A DNA stretch of 64,000 nt from assembly GCA_020072565.1 (NCBI GenBank), contig JAIQGI010000023.1, forward strand, positions 33,929-97,928, read 5' to 3'. Of the stretch, positions 10,395-19,072 are shown piece after piece (position 1 is the stretch's first letter; each line of letters begins with the position of its first letter). Source of the stretch: Terriglobia bacterium (GTDB lineage Bacteria; Acidobacteriota; UBA6911). A model generated the notes under the pieces. It had not been told where the DNA came from, ran no database searches, and worked only from the letters and a program-made list of their open reading frames with translations. The position numbers were made by a program, and so were the translations under genes.

Positions 10395-11440
10395 AGCGTC
10401 TTTCCCGCAGGCGCATTGCCGTCGTATGCCTCTCATTGTTGTTCGCCTGGAGCTGTGCCGCGCTGTTCGCTCTTGCCGTCGGAAGCGTCGCCATTCCGCC
10501 TGGAAGAGTGGTATGGCTGGTGGCGCACCACGTGTCCGGCACTCCGGAAGCGGACGACCCGCTGGCGACTATACTGTTCTCGATTCGCCTGCCGCGCATA
10601 TTCCTCAGCTCGCTGGTCGGCGCCGCGCTCGCCGTCGCGGGTGCGGCTTTTCAGTCGCTGCTGCGCAATCCTCTTGCCGATCCCTTCGTCCTGGGAGTTT
10701 CGACGGGCGCCTCGCTCGGGACGATCCTGTATTCCATCTTCGCCGCATCCTGGGGAACGGCCGAGGCCGCGGCGGGCCTCGCTTATGGCCGTCCGTTGGC
10801 GGCGTTTGCCGGAGCCGCACTCGTAGTTGCCGCGGTCTACTTCCTTGCGGGAGGCGGCACCCGCTCGGGAGAAGGTTCGCAGCGTCTGCTGCTGGCAGGG
10901 ATCGTGCTGGCCTCGTTTATTTCGTCGATCAACGTCATTCTGCTCACCAGCACCAGCCAGGCTGATCTGCGCGGCATCTTTTACTGGCTCATCGGCGACC
11001 TCAGCCGTCCGGTCGACGCATCGATCTACGTCGTTACCGCTTTAGTCCTGGCAGGATTCCTCCTGCTTTATCTGTTTTCCCGCAGCTTGAACCTGATTTC
11101 GCTGGGAGAGGAGGATGCCCTGATCCTGGGCGTCGAGGTCCCGCGCGTGAAGGTCGGCGTATATCTCATCGCATCGCTCATCACCGGCGCGGTGGTTTCC
11201 GTCGGCGGCCCGATCGCCTACATCGGCCTCATCTGCCCCCATCTCGGACGCATGATGTTCGGCAGCGACAACCGCATCCTGTTCCCTACCGTCTTCCTGT
11301 TCGGCGCCATCTTCACTCTGCTGGCGGATACCATGGCACGCACGCTGCTGTCACCCGCTGAATTGCCGGTAGGCGTCATCACGGCGCTTATCGGAGCGCC
11401 GCTGTTCATTTACCTTTCGCGACGGAGGAGCAGGCTATGA
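10391..11440 (+). CDS. FecCD-family ABC permease (BtuC-like)
   Basis: Multi-pass hydrophobic protein; conserved FecCD blocks (..RLPRI..LVGAALAVAGA.FQ.LLRNPLADP..LGVS.GAS..). Overlaps the neighbouring genes by 4 nt. Confidence 0.85.
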   Translation: MKRLSRRRIAVVCLSLLFAWSCAALFALAVGSVAIPPGRVVWLVAHHVSGTPEADDPLATILFSIRLPRIFLSSLVGAALAVAGAAFQSLLRNPLADPFVLGVSTGASLGTILYSIFAASWGTAEAAAGLAYGRPLAAFAGAALVVAAVYFLAGGGTRSGEGSQRLLLAGIVLASFISSINVILLTSTSQADLRGIFYWLIGDLSRPVDASIYVVTALVLAGFLLLYLFSRSLNLISLGEEDALILGVEVPRVKVGVYLIASLITGAVVSVGGPIAYIGLICPHLGRMMFGSDNRILFPTVFLFGAIFTLLADTMARTLLSPAELPVGVITALIGAPLFIYLSRRRSRL

Positions 11441-12240
11441 GGCCGAACGCTTCGTCCCCCGCACTGGAAGCGTGTGAGGTGAGCTTCGCATACCGGAATC
11501 CGGTGGTGCGAAACCTCACAATCGAATTGATGCCCGGCACAGTCACCGGAATCATCGGGCCCAACGGTTCGGGAAAGACCACGGTGCTGCGCCTCCTGGG
11601 TGGCATATTGCGGCCGGCATCAGGAAGCATCCTGCTGAACGGAGAGATGCCTCTGGCCGAGCTGCCTCGCAAGCAGGTCGCTCGGCGCATCGCGATGGTG
11701 CCTCAGAGCGCCGGCGACGGTTCCCAACTGACAGTCCTGCAGTTCGCCCTTCAGGGTCGTTCTCCCCACATGTCCCTGTTCGGGTTCGAGAGCGCGCACG
11801 ACGAAGAGGTCACACTGGCGGCGCTGGAGATGACGCAGTTGACGCGATATCGCGATGTGCGGGTCTGCGAGCTTTCCGGCGGGGAGAAGCAGCGTCTCCT
11901 GCTGGCGCGAGCGTTGGTCCAGGAGTCGTTGATCCTGCTGCTCGACGAACTCACCGCCAATTTGGACATCAACTATCAAGTCGAATTGATGCGCCTGGTT
12001 CGCCGCCTCACGCGGGAACGGAGGCTCGCTACGCTCGTTGTCTCACATGAGATCCATCTCTTAGGCAGTTTTTCCGACCGTATCGCCCTGATGTCGGAAG
12101 GCACAATTCGTTGTCAGGGCACCGTGTCGGAAGTAATCACCCGGGAGAATCTGAGCCGGATCTTCGGCCTGGATTTCCAGGTCCGGCGGGCAGCAGACGG
12201 CTTGCCCGAGGTCTTGCCAGTCATAGAAGAACGGAGATAG
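11437..12240 (+). CDS. ABC transporter ATP-binding protein (BtuD/FepC-like)
   Basis: Walker A GPNGSGKTT, ABC signature LSGGEKQR, Walker B LLLDE. Confidence 0.9.
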   Translation: MRPNASSPALEACEVSFAYRNPVVRNLTIELMPGTVTGIIGPNGSGKTTVLRLLGGILRPASGSILLNGEMPLAELPRKQVARRIAMVPQSAGDGSQLTVLQFALQGRSPHMSLFGFESAHDEEVTLAALEMTQLTRYRDVRVCELSGGEKQRLLLARALVQESLILLLDELTANLDINYQVELMRLVRRLTRERRLATLVVSHEIHLLGSFSDRIALMSEGTIRCQGTVSEVITRENLSRIFGLDFQVRRAADGLPEVLPVIEERR

Positions 12241-12440
12241 ATATGAATAGCACTCCAGCCCCAGACAAACCACCATTAGCGCGCAAGTACATCAGCGACA
12301 TGCCATTGCTGACGCCCCATCCTCGTGACAGAAAAAAAAGAAACCGCCCGGACACCAGGACGCCGGGACGCCAAGAAAACTCGGCCCTCCTGGGGTGTCG
12401 GCACCCCGACCTCCTGACGTTCAGCCCGTCCGGCTCGTCC

Positions 12441-14681
12441 TTGTTATCGTTGTCGCTACGCTGCGCCTGGCATTTCGGATATTCCCTGGTTTTAGTGATT
12501 CTTGCTTCCTCAATCGCCTGGGCGCAGCAGGACGGAATGCGCCGGGTTACGGGAACAGTAGTCGATCAGAGCGGCGCGCCGGTTCCGCGTGTGCTCGTCG
12601 AGGTCCGCGGGCCATCGGGGCAGAATGCCGCGTCTGCTTTGACTGATACTCAGGGCAGGTTTGCCCTCGATCTGCCGGATGGCGCATACACCTTGGATGC
12701 CACAGCCGCCGGGCTTGCCCCGATTCGGCACCAGTCACTGGAGGTCGGCGCCGCCACCCCCCCGCTGAGTTTGACCTTGGAGATACCGGCCATCAAAGAA
12801 TCGATTGTGGTGACCGCTACCCGAACGGAGGCGCCTCTGGCCCAGATCGGCAGCAGTACCACCGTCATCCGCGGGGATGACCTGGAGAGCGCCGGCATCG
12901 ATTCGATGGCGGAGGCGCTGCGCAGGGTCGCCGGCCTCACGCTGGTTCAGAACGGAGCCGTCGGACAGTTGGCCTCTGTCTTTATCCGAGGCGGCGAATC
13001 GGACTACACCAAGGTGCTGATCGACGGCATTCCTGTAAACGATCCCGGGGGAAGCTTCAACTTTGCAAACCTGTCGGCCGCGAGCATCGACCGCATCGAG
13101 ATCGTGCGCGGCCCGCAGAGTGCCCTCTTCGGATCCGACGCCATGGCCGGCGTCATTCAGATCTTTACACGCCGGGGAACCAGCGAAGGCTTGGAGCCCA
13201 AGCCGCGTATCGCGGTCGAAGGGGGCAGCTTCGCAACATTCCGCTATGAAGCCGGCATCGGAGGTAAAGGGGAGCGATTCGATTATGCGGCCTCGTTCGC
13301 ACGTCTCGACACTGACAACCACGTCCTCAACGGTTCCTTCAACGACGCGACCGCCACTGCCAACTTCGGATTCCGCCCATCCCCGAAGAGCCTGCTGCGA
13401 GCCGTCTTCCGCAGCGATGCCGGACGCGCAGGCGTGCCGGGCCAGTGGGCATTCGCACGTCCCGATTCGGATCAGTTCTACCGCCACCGTGACCTGGCCG
13501 GTGGAGTCACTTTCACACATTTCATCACCCCCTCCTGGACGCAGACATTTTCTTATTCCATCAACGATTCCCGGCAGTTTTCCGAGGACAGCGTCGATTC
13601 CGGCAGCTTTGTCGCACGATACCAGGGCCGGACCTCCCCCTTCACTTCTTTTGACTTCTCCTATCAGACATTCAACCAGAGTCTGCGCCAGAAGATCGGC
13701 TACCAGAGCGAGTTGTCCCTTCCTCATGCCCATCTTCTCACCGCAGGCGCCGAATTTGAACGCGAGACCGGAACGGCGGGTGATCCTCGCTTTGATCCGC
13801 TGGCTGCAGTTCGCAGAAACTTCGGCGCCTTCGTGCAGGATCAGTGGTTTCTGCATAAACGCCTCTTCGTCGCAGCGGGAGTGCGCCTGGAGCACAACGC
13901 GAGCTTCGGTTTCTCGGCCGCACCGCGTCTTTCGCTGGCATGGCAGCTGCACCAGCCGGTGCCGGGCGGGCCGCTGGGCCTGACCAAAATCAAGGCCAAT
14001 TTCGGTTTGGGGATCAAGGAGCCCACCCTGGTTGAGTCGTTCAGCAGATCTCCATTTTTTCTCGGCAACCCCGATCTCAAGGCAGAAAAATCTACGAGCT
14101 GTGATGTCGGCATCGAACAACAATTCGGCGCCGGCAAAGGGGCTATGGAGGTTACATTTTTCGAAAACCGGTTCCGCAATCAGATCGATTTCATAACCAC
14201 GGACTTCACTACCTTTGCGGGAACATTTTTCAACATCGGCAAAACCCGTTCCCGGGGCGTCGAGACCAGCTTCCGGCAGATTCTTGGTCTGGGGCTGGAG
14301 GTCGCCGGATCTTACACGTTCCTTGATTCTCTGATTCTGGAAAATTCTGCTGCGCCGGGCTCGGTCTTTGCGCCCGGCCAGGCGCTCTTCCGGCGCCCGC
14401 GGCACTCCGGCTTTCTCGACCTGAAGTGGAAGCCGGGACGCTGGACGTTTGGTGCTACCGGCACTCTGATCGGCAGCCGGCTCGATTCAGACTTCCTCGG
14501 CCTCGGGCTAAGCCGGAATCCAGGGTATGGAGTGCTGGATCTGCTCGTCAGCTTCCGCCTGCTGTCGGGAGTGACCCTGTTTGCCGTCGTGAACAATGCG
14601 CTGGACAAAAGTTACATGGAAGCATTTGGGTACCCGGCGCTGCCCGCCCGATTCCGCATTGGCCTCAGCACAAGCTTTTAA
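12441..14681 (+). CDS. TonB-dependent receptor (BtuB-like, with N-terminal carboxypeptidase-regulatory-like domain)
   Basis: ORF 12111..14681. A probable TTG start near 12441-12450 gives signal peptide LRCAWHFGYSLVLVILASSIAWAQQ. A plug-like region (TLVQNGAVGQLASVFIRGGESDYTKVLIDGIPVND) and a terminal ..RIGLSTSF. It is the last gene of the riboswitch-controlled operon. Exact start uncertain. Confidence 0.75.
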   Translation: MLSLSLRCAWHFGYSLVLVILASSIAWAQQDGMRRVTGTVVDQSGAPVPRVLVEVRGPSGQNAASALTDTQGRFALDLPDGAYTLDATAAGLAPIRHQSLEVGAATPPLSLTLEIPAIKESIVVTATRTEAPLAQIGSSTTVIRGDDLESAGIDSMAEALRRVAGLTLVQNGAVGQLASVFIRGGESDYTKVLIDGIPVNDPGGSFNFANLSAASIDRIEIVRGPQSALFGSDAMAGVIQIFTRRGTSEGLEPKPRIAVEGGSFATFRYEAGIGGKGERFDYAASFARLDTDNHVLNGSFNDATATANFGFRPSPKSLLRAVFRSDAGRAGVPGQWAFARPDSDQFYRHRDLAGGVTFTHFITPSWTQTFSYSINDSRQFSEDSVDSGSFVARYQGRTSPFTSFDFSYQTFNQSLRQKIGYQSELSLPHAHLLTAGAEFERETGTAGDPRFDPLAAVRRNFGAFVQDQWFLHKRLFVAAGVRLEHNASFGFSAAPRLSLAWQLHQPVPGGPLGLTKIKANFGLGIKEPTLVESFSRSPFFLGNPDLKAEKSTSCDVGIEQQFGAGKGAMEVTFFENRFRNQIDFITTDFTTFAGTFFNIGKTRSRGVETSFRQILGLGLEVAGSYTFLDSLILENSAAPGSVFAPGQALFRRPRHSGFLDLKWKPGRWTFGATGTLIGSRLDSDFLGLGLSRNPGYGVLDLLVSFRLLSGVTLFAVVNNALDKSYMEAFGYPALPARFRIGLSTSF

Positions 14682-14683
14682 AA

Positions 14684-14762
14684 TCCCAACCCAGAGAGCG
14701 CAGAAGTAGCAGAGAAAAACAACCATTCCGCGGCCTCTGCGCTCTCTGCGTTGGGGATTTAG
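14684..14762 (+). terminator. Long imperfect hairpin (about 25-bp stem) directly after the receptor stop; also a member of a dispersed repeat family
   Basis: AAATCCCAACCCAGAGAGCGCAGAAG ... CTCTGCGCTCTCTGCGTTGGGGATTT are near-perfect reverse complements separated by a loop of about 30 nt. Confidence 0.5.
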
Positions 14763-14797
14763 GAGTAGAATGAGCGGCACAAGCTGAGGAGAGATCG

Positions 14798-16369
14798 ATG
14801 GCAATCGATAAGAAGCGGTGGCTCCTGTCTGTGATCCCGCTGGTCTGCATTCTCTGGCCGGCGGCCGGCTGCAGGCGCAATCCCCCTGCAGAGCAGACCG
14901 CGCAGCCTGCAGCTGAGAGCCAGGCGGGCACGGCCAGGGACGCGCCGCCCGCCACCTATGTGCAGCTGGGCGAAGCTTCGCTTCGGGCATTTGAAACGGG
15001 TACCGAGTATCTATTGAGCGGCAGAGTCACTTCCGAACTCATGGAGGCTCTGCCTGGGGCCACGGTCTCGGTATACGGGTCCGCGCCTCTTTGGTCGCCG
15101 CCGACGTTCGAACAGCCTGCCCCCTTGGATACTCAGACCTGCGATCAGGACGGGCGCTACCAGATCCGCTTGAATGCGCCTGCCAATTTGTGGATCAGCA
15201 TCCGCATGGAGGGATATGCGCAGATAGAAGGCTTCGTTCCGGTCCGGGATCCAAAAACGGCTGCAAGGGACTACCAGCTGAGGCCAGCCCAATCAACGAT
15301 TGCGGGATTTGTCTATGATAAGAAAGATATGCCGATCGCGGGTGCTTTGGTAATCGCCAACTCTCCGCCATTCTCACTTCTGGGGGACAGCCCGGTGCCA
15401 TCCCCCATAGGCCGAGTCACCGATTCCTCCGGAAAGTACACGATCGAGGGCCTTCCCGACGGTGATGTGAGCGTTATTGCTTACGCTCGGGGATATGGCC
15501 TGGACGAAGAATTGAGCCCATTGAGGGCGGGCCAAACCCAGCAGGTCAATTTCAACCTGGCAGCTGCCCCCCCCATCTCGTTCGTGGTGAAAAACAGCCG
15601 GGGCGAAGCGCTTCCCTATGCAACGGCTGCGGCCCCCGCTCATTTCAAAATCGCCGGTGGCGACAGGCGCGGGGTGATCGAGTTTTCTGTGCCGGCGGAA
15701 CTGCCTCCCTTCGAATGCACTGTAGCTGCGGACGGCTACAAAACAAACACCATCCTGCTGGATCCGAAGGCTCCGCCTGCGGCAGTAGTGCTTGAAGACA
15801 GGCCGGTTTTCAGGGGCCGGGTCGTCACTGAAGCAGGCAAGGCATTGGAGGGGGCGCTGGTCATTGTCTTCGGGACCGGCGGGATGCAAGGGAAGTTTGA
15901 CGGAGCCATAAGGACCGACAAGATGGGCCGATTCTCTCTGCCATTGTCGTATCCGCCGGTGCGCGAGATCAGGATCTCCAGTCCCGGCTACCTCGACCAA
16001 CGGCTCGCGTTCGATAGCAACAAGCCGGTGCCTGCCGAGACCGTCGTACGCGTGAAGAGCGTAGAAGCGGGTCTGTACGGGCGTGTGATCGATTACAGGG
16101 GTATCCCCGTGAAACGCTTCATTGTTCATCTGCGGGACACCGCCGCGAAGCCCGGCAGTCGTGAGTATCAAAGATCCTTTAGCAGTGAGAACGGCCGGTA
16201 CATGATGACCGACGTCGCTCCTGGCGTTTACACTTTTATTATTCAGTCTGTGCCGAACTCGACGGCAGAAGATGTACAGCTCTTGCGCGTGGAAAAAATG
16301 GAAATCCGGAAGGGTTTTTTCTTTGGGGAAGTCCTGTCACAGTTTCCCAAGCCCACGTATGCAAAATAG
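14798..16369 (+). CDS. Lipoprotein with repeated carboxypeptidase-regulatory-like (CarboxypepD_reg) beta-sandwich domains
   Basis: Lipobox (..LWPAAGC). At least four repeats of the G-x-V-x-D/T-x-x-G-x-P-[IL]-x-G-A-x-V pattern. Confidence 0.6.
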   Translation: MAIDKKRWLLSVIPLVCILWPAAGCRRNPPAEQTAQPAAESQAGTARDAPPATYVQLGEASLRAFETGTEYLLSGRVTSELMEALPGATVSVYGSAPLWSPPTFEQPAPLDTQTCDQDGRYQIRLNAPANLWISIRMEGYAQIEGFVPVRDPKTAARDYQLRPAQSTIAGFVYDKKDMPIAGALVIANSPPFSLLGDSPVPSPIGRVTDSSGKYTIEGLPDGDVSVIAYARGYGLDEELSPLRAGQTQQVNFNLAAAPPISFVVKNSRGEALPYATAAAPAHFKIAGGDRRGVIEFSVPAELPPFECTVAADGYKTNTILLDPKAPPAAVVLEDRPVFRGRVVTEAGKALEGALVIVFGTGGMQGKFDGAIRTDKMGRFSLPLSYPPVREIRISSPGYLDQRLAFDSNKPVPAETVVRVKSVEAGLYGRVIDYRGIPVKRFIVHLRDTAAKPGSREYQRSFSSENGRYMMTDVAPGVYTFIIQSVPNSTAEDVQLLRVEKMEIRKGFFFGEVLSQFPKPTYAK

Positions 16370-16441
16370 ACCTCCGCCATCCGACCTTCGATCCGGTCAA
16401 CGGATGTCCGAGGTCGGAATCCGGAGGTCGGAGGTCCGATC

Positions 16442-17227
16442 ATGACTCGCTTGCACCGCGTTCTCCAGGAGCAGGGGAAGGGTCCGCTGCTTGGCGCAGG
16501 GACTTATTTTTACGATCCGGTTTTTCTGGAGATTGCGGCAGGCCTGGGATTCCGGATCGCATGGTTTGACATGGAGCATTGTTTCATCACATTCGCGGAA
16601 GCATGCGACCTTTGCCGGATCACTTCAGGGCTCGGCATGCTCAGCATGATCCGCATTCCCAACTCCCACCGAGAGAACGTTCAGCGCGCTGCCGAATGCG
16701 GCCCCGACATTATCGATGTGCCGATGGCGAACTCGCCCGAGATACTGCGCGAGCTCATCCGCTATGCCCGCTTCCGCCCGGAGGGCGAACGAGGCTGCTT
16801 TCCTAATTCCCGAGCCGTCCACTACGGCCTTGCCGAGGGCGTAGCTGAACAGCAGCGGGTCAACCGGGACCTGTGTTTGATGGCGCAGATTGAGACCGGG
16901 GAGGCTGTGGCGCGCGCAGACGAACTATGCGCTGTCCCCGGCATCGATATTCTCATTGGTCCCGCCGACCTGTCCGCGAGCCTGGGCGTTCCTTATCAAA
17001 CCGGCCATGCCAAGGTCAGGGCAGCCGCCGGGCAGATCATGAGCGCCGTAAGGAAGCATGGGAAACACGTGGCCGTGGCATCGCCTGCTGCGGATTTTGC
17101 CTTCTGGATCAGCCAGGGTGTAGACATCCTCCTTTGTGCGAGTGACGTGAACTGCATGAAAGCCGGGGCCCAGGCAGCTCTCCTGCAAGTGCAGGCGGCC
17201 CTCTCCGCACCAGAGCAGCAACCGTAG
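16442..17227 (+). CDS. HpcH/HpaI aldolase / citrate-lyase beta-subunit family protein
   Basis: Family-typical blocks (GFRIAWFDMEH.., IRIPNSH.., MAQIETGEAV.., IGPADLSASLG). Confidence 0.7.
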   Translation: MTRLHRVLQEQGKGPLLGAGTYFYDPVFLEIAAGLGFRIAWFDMEHCFITFAEACDLCRITSGLGMLSMIRIPNSHRENVQRAAECGPDIIDVPMANSPEILRELIRYARFRPEGERGCFPNSRAVHYGLAEGVAEQQRVNRDLCLMAQIETGEAVARADELCAVPGIDILIGPADLSASLGVPYQTGHAKVRAAAGQIMSAVRKHGKHVAVASPAADFAFWISQGVDILLCASDVNCMKAGAQAALLQVQAALSAPEQQP

Positions 17228-17401
17228 TAAATAGCCTGCCCGGCCTCAGACATCCGACCTCCGTCCTTTCTGGCCGTAGAGGGAAGGCAAAGGCGTTTGG
17301 CCGCCCCACAAGCTCTCGAGTTACCTCCGGGCCTTAACTCAAAACCCCCTCAACGCGATTGCGAGGTCGGAGGTCGGACGTCGGAGGTCTTCAGCTGCAG
17401 G

Positions 17402-17429
17402 TTGACAGTCAGCAAAACGGGTTATAGTT
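17402..17429 (+). promoter_or_regulatory. Putative sigma70-like promoter (TTGACA-15nt-TATAGT) upstream of the FAD-linked oxidase
   Basis: TTGACA at 17402-17407 and TATAGT at 17423-17428. The spacer is short, so this is weak. Confidence 0.3.
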
Positions 17430-17438
17430 TATTAGCAT

Positions 17439-17463
17439 GGCATCCTGATCGGGTCAGGATGCC
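17439..17463 (+). promoter_or_regulatory. Perfect 10-bp-arm palindrome (operator-like or 5'-UTR hairpin)
   Basis: GGCATCCTGA-tcggg-TCAGGATGCC lies just downstream of the putative -10 element, about 95 nt upstream of the oxidase start. Confidence 0.4.
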
Positions 17464-17559
17464 GACGGAGCCGCTTGCGGCAATGACGAGAGACAGCCCC
17501 CAGAGACCGAGCCCTCAAATGGGCTTGCACTCCGGGCAAATCGTAGGGAGGGGGAATTG

Positions 17560-18984
17560 ATGGAAGGAGTCAAAGCAAAAACCAACGCCGGGGATGACAT
17601 TGTTTTGAAGCAGCCGGTGGTCGCACAATTCAAGGACCGGTTGCGAGGTGAACTTCTCACCTCTGCAGACGCAGGCTATGACCGGGCCCGCAAGGTCTAC
17701 AACGGCATGATCGATCGTCACCCCAGCCTCATCGCGCGCTGCGCTGGTGTGGCCGATGTCATGGCCGCAGTCGACTTTGCGCGAGACAACCAACTTGTGG
17801 TCGCAGTGCGTGGCGGCGGGCACAACGTCGGTGGTTTTGGCACTTGTGATGCAGGACTGGTGATCGATCTATCGCCTATGAAGGGCATCCGGGTGGATCC
17901 CAAAAAACAGCGGGCTCGCGCTGAAGGGGGTTGCACCTGGGGAGATCTCGACCATGCTACCCACGTCTTCGGCCTGGCGGCTCCCGGCGGAATCATCTCC
18001 ACGACGGGGATAGCCGGCCTTACGCTGGGAGGCGGCATCGGCCATCTTACCCGCAAGTGCGGCCTTTCCTGCGACAACCTGGTTTCCGTTGACGTGGTGA
18101 CTGCGGATGGACGCTTTGTCACGGCGGGCGCCGGCGAAAATCCGGACCTCTTCTGGGGTCTCCGTGGCGGCGGGGGGAACTTTGGCATCGTGACTTCATT
18201 CGAGTTCAAGCTCCATCCCGTGCACACGGTGTGCGCCGGGCCGGTCCTGTACAGACTCGAGCAGGCCAAAGATGCGATGCGCTTTTATCGGGACTACATG
18301 GCCGGGGCACCGGAAGAAATGAATGGATTTTTTGCTTTTCTGATTGTGCCGCCCGGGCCCCCATTCCCCGAGCGCCTTCACAACAAGACGCTGTGCGGGA
18401 TCGCAGCCTGTTACAGCGGCCCGCTCGACCGGGCGGAAAAGGTGGTCGCACCCATCCGCAAATTCGGTCCGCCCGAAGTCGATCTGCTCGGCCCTCTGCC
18501 TTTCCCGAGGCTTCAGCGAATGTTCGACGCACTCGTCCCCCCGGGGCTGCAGCATTATTGGAAAGCGGATTTCGTCCATGAGCTCAGCGAGGAGATTATC
18601 GATGCTCATGTGCGATTCGGCCCCCGCATCCCTACGGTATCATCGGCCATGCACATCTACCCTGTCAGCGGTGCGGCACAGCGGATCGGCAAGGAAGATA
18701 CGGCTTTCAGCTATCGGGATGCGAATTTCGTGCACGTAATCGCCGCCATGTATCCCGATCCCGCCGACACGCCCAAGAACAGGGCATGGGTGCGCGAATA
18801 CTGGGAGGCCCTCCACCCGCACTCTGCCGGCGGGGCTTATGTCAATTTCCTGATGGCGGATGAAGGTCAGGATCGGATCGCCGCGACGTATCGCGGCAAC
18901 TACAGCCGGCTGGCGGCGCTGAAGAAGAAATACGATCCGGGGAACTTGTTCCGGCTCAACCAGAATATTGAGCCCTTGGCCTGA
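17560..18984 (+). CDS. FAD-linked oxidase (PCMH-type FAD-binding domain with BBE-like C-terminus)
   Basis: ..VAVRGGGHNVGG.., GGGIG.., RGGGGNFGIV.. FAD-binding signatures. The C-terminal ..YVNF...DP.N.F..N.NI motif is typical of berberine-bridge-like oxidases. RBS AGGGAGGGGG upstream. Confidence 0.8.
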   Translation: MEGVKAKTNAGDDIVLKQPVVAQFKDRLRGELLTSADAGYDRARKVYNGMIDRHPSLIARCAGVADVMAAVDFARDNQLVVAVRGGGHNVGGFGTCDAGLVIDLSPMKGIRVDPKKQRARAEGGCTWGDLDHATHVFGLAAPGGIISTTGIAGLTLGGGIGHLTRKCGLSCDNLVSVDVVTADGRFVTAGAGENPDLFWGLRGGGGNFGIVTSFEFKLHPVHTVCAGPVLYRLEQAKDAMRFYRDYMAGAPEEMNGFFAFLIVPPGPPFPERLHNKTLCGIAACYSGPLDRAEKVVAPIRKFGPPEVDLLGPLPFPRLQRMFDALVPPGLQHYWKADFVHELSEEIIDAHVRFGPRIPTVSSAMHIYPVSGAAQRIGKEDTAFSYRDANFVHVIAAMYPDPADTPKNRAWVREYWEALHPHSAGGAYVNFLMADEGQDRIAATYRGNYSRLAALKKKYDPGNLFRLNQNIEPLA

Positions 18985-19072
18985 GGGCCGGATCGTGTGA
19001 ATTCGGATTTTGGATTGCGGATTTTGGGGTTTTGGAACTGTACCGTTGCTTCGCCCGATCCGAAACCCGAAA

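Noticed and set aside
12243-12440. An ATG at 12243 (MNSTPAPDKPP..) as the start of the second receptor
   Set aside because: It would put about 65 non-hydrophobic residues before the signal peptide. A TTG near 12441 immediately preceding the hydrophobic signal sequence fits better. The A-rich 200-nt spacer is more likely untranslated.
12735-14405. 556-aa ORF on the minus strand, inside the TonB-dependent receptor gene
   Set aside because: Fully antisense to a gene with clear receptor features. Low-complexity, Arg/Gly/Ala-rich translation typical of high-GC antisense frames. No motifs.
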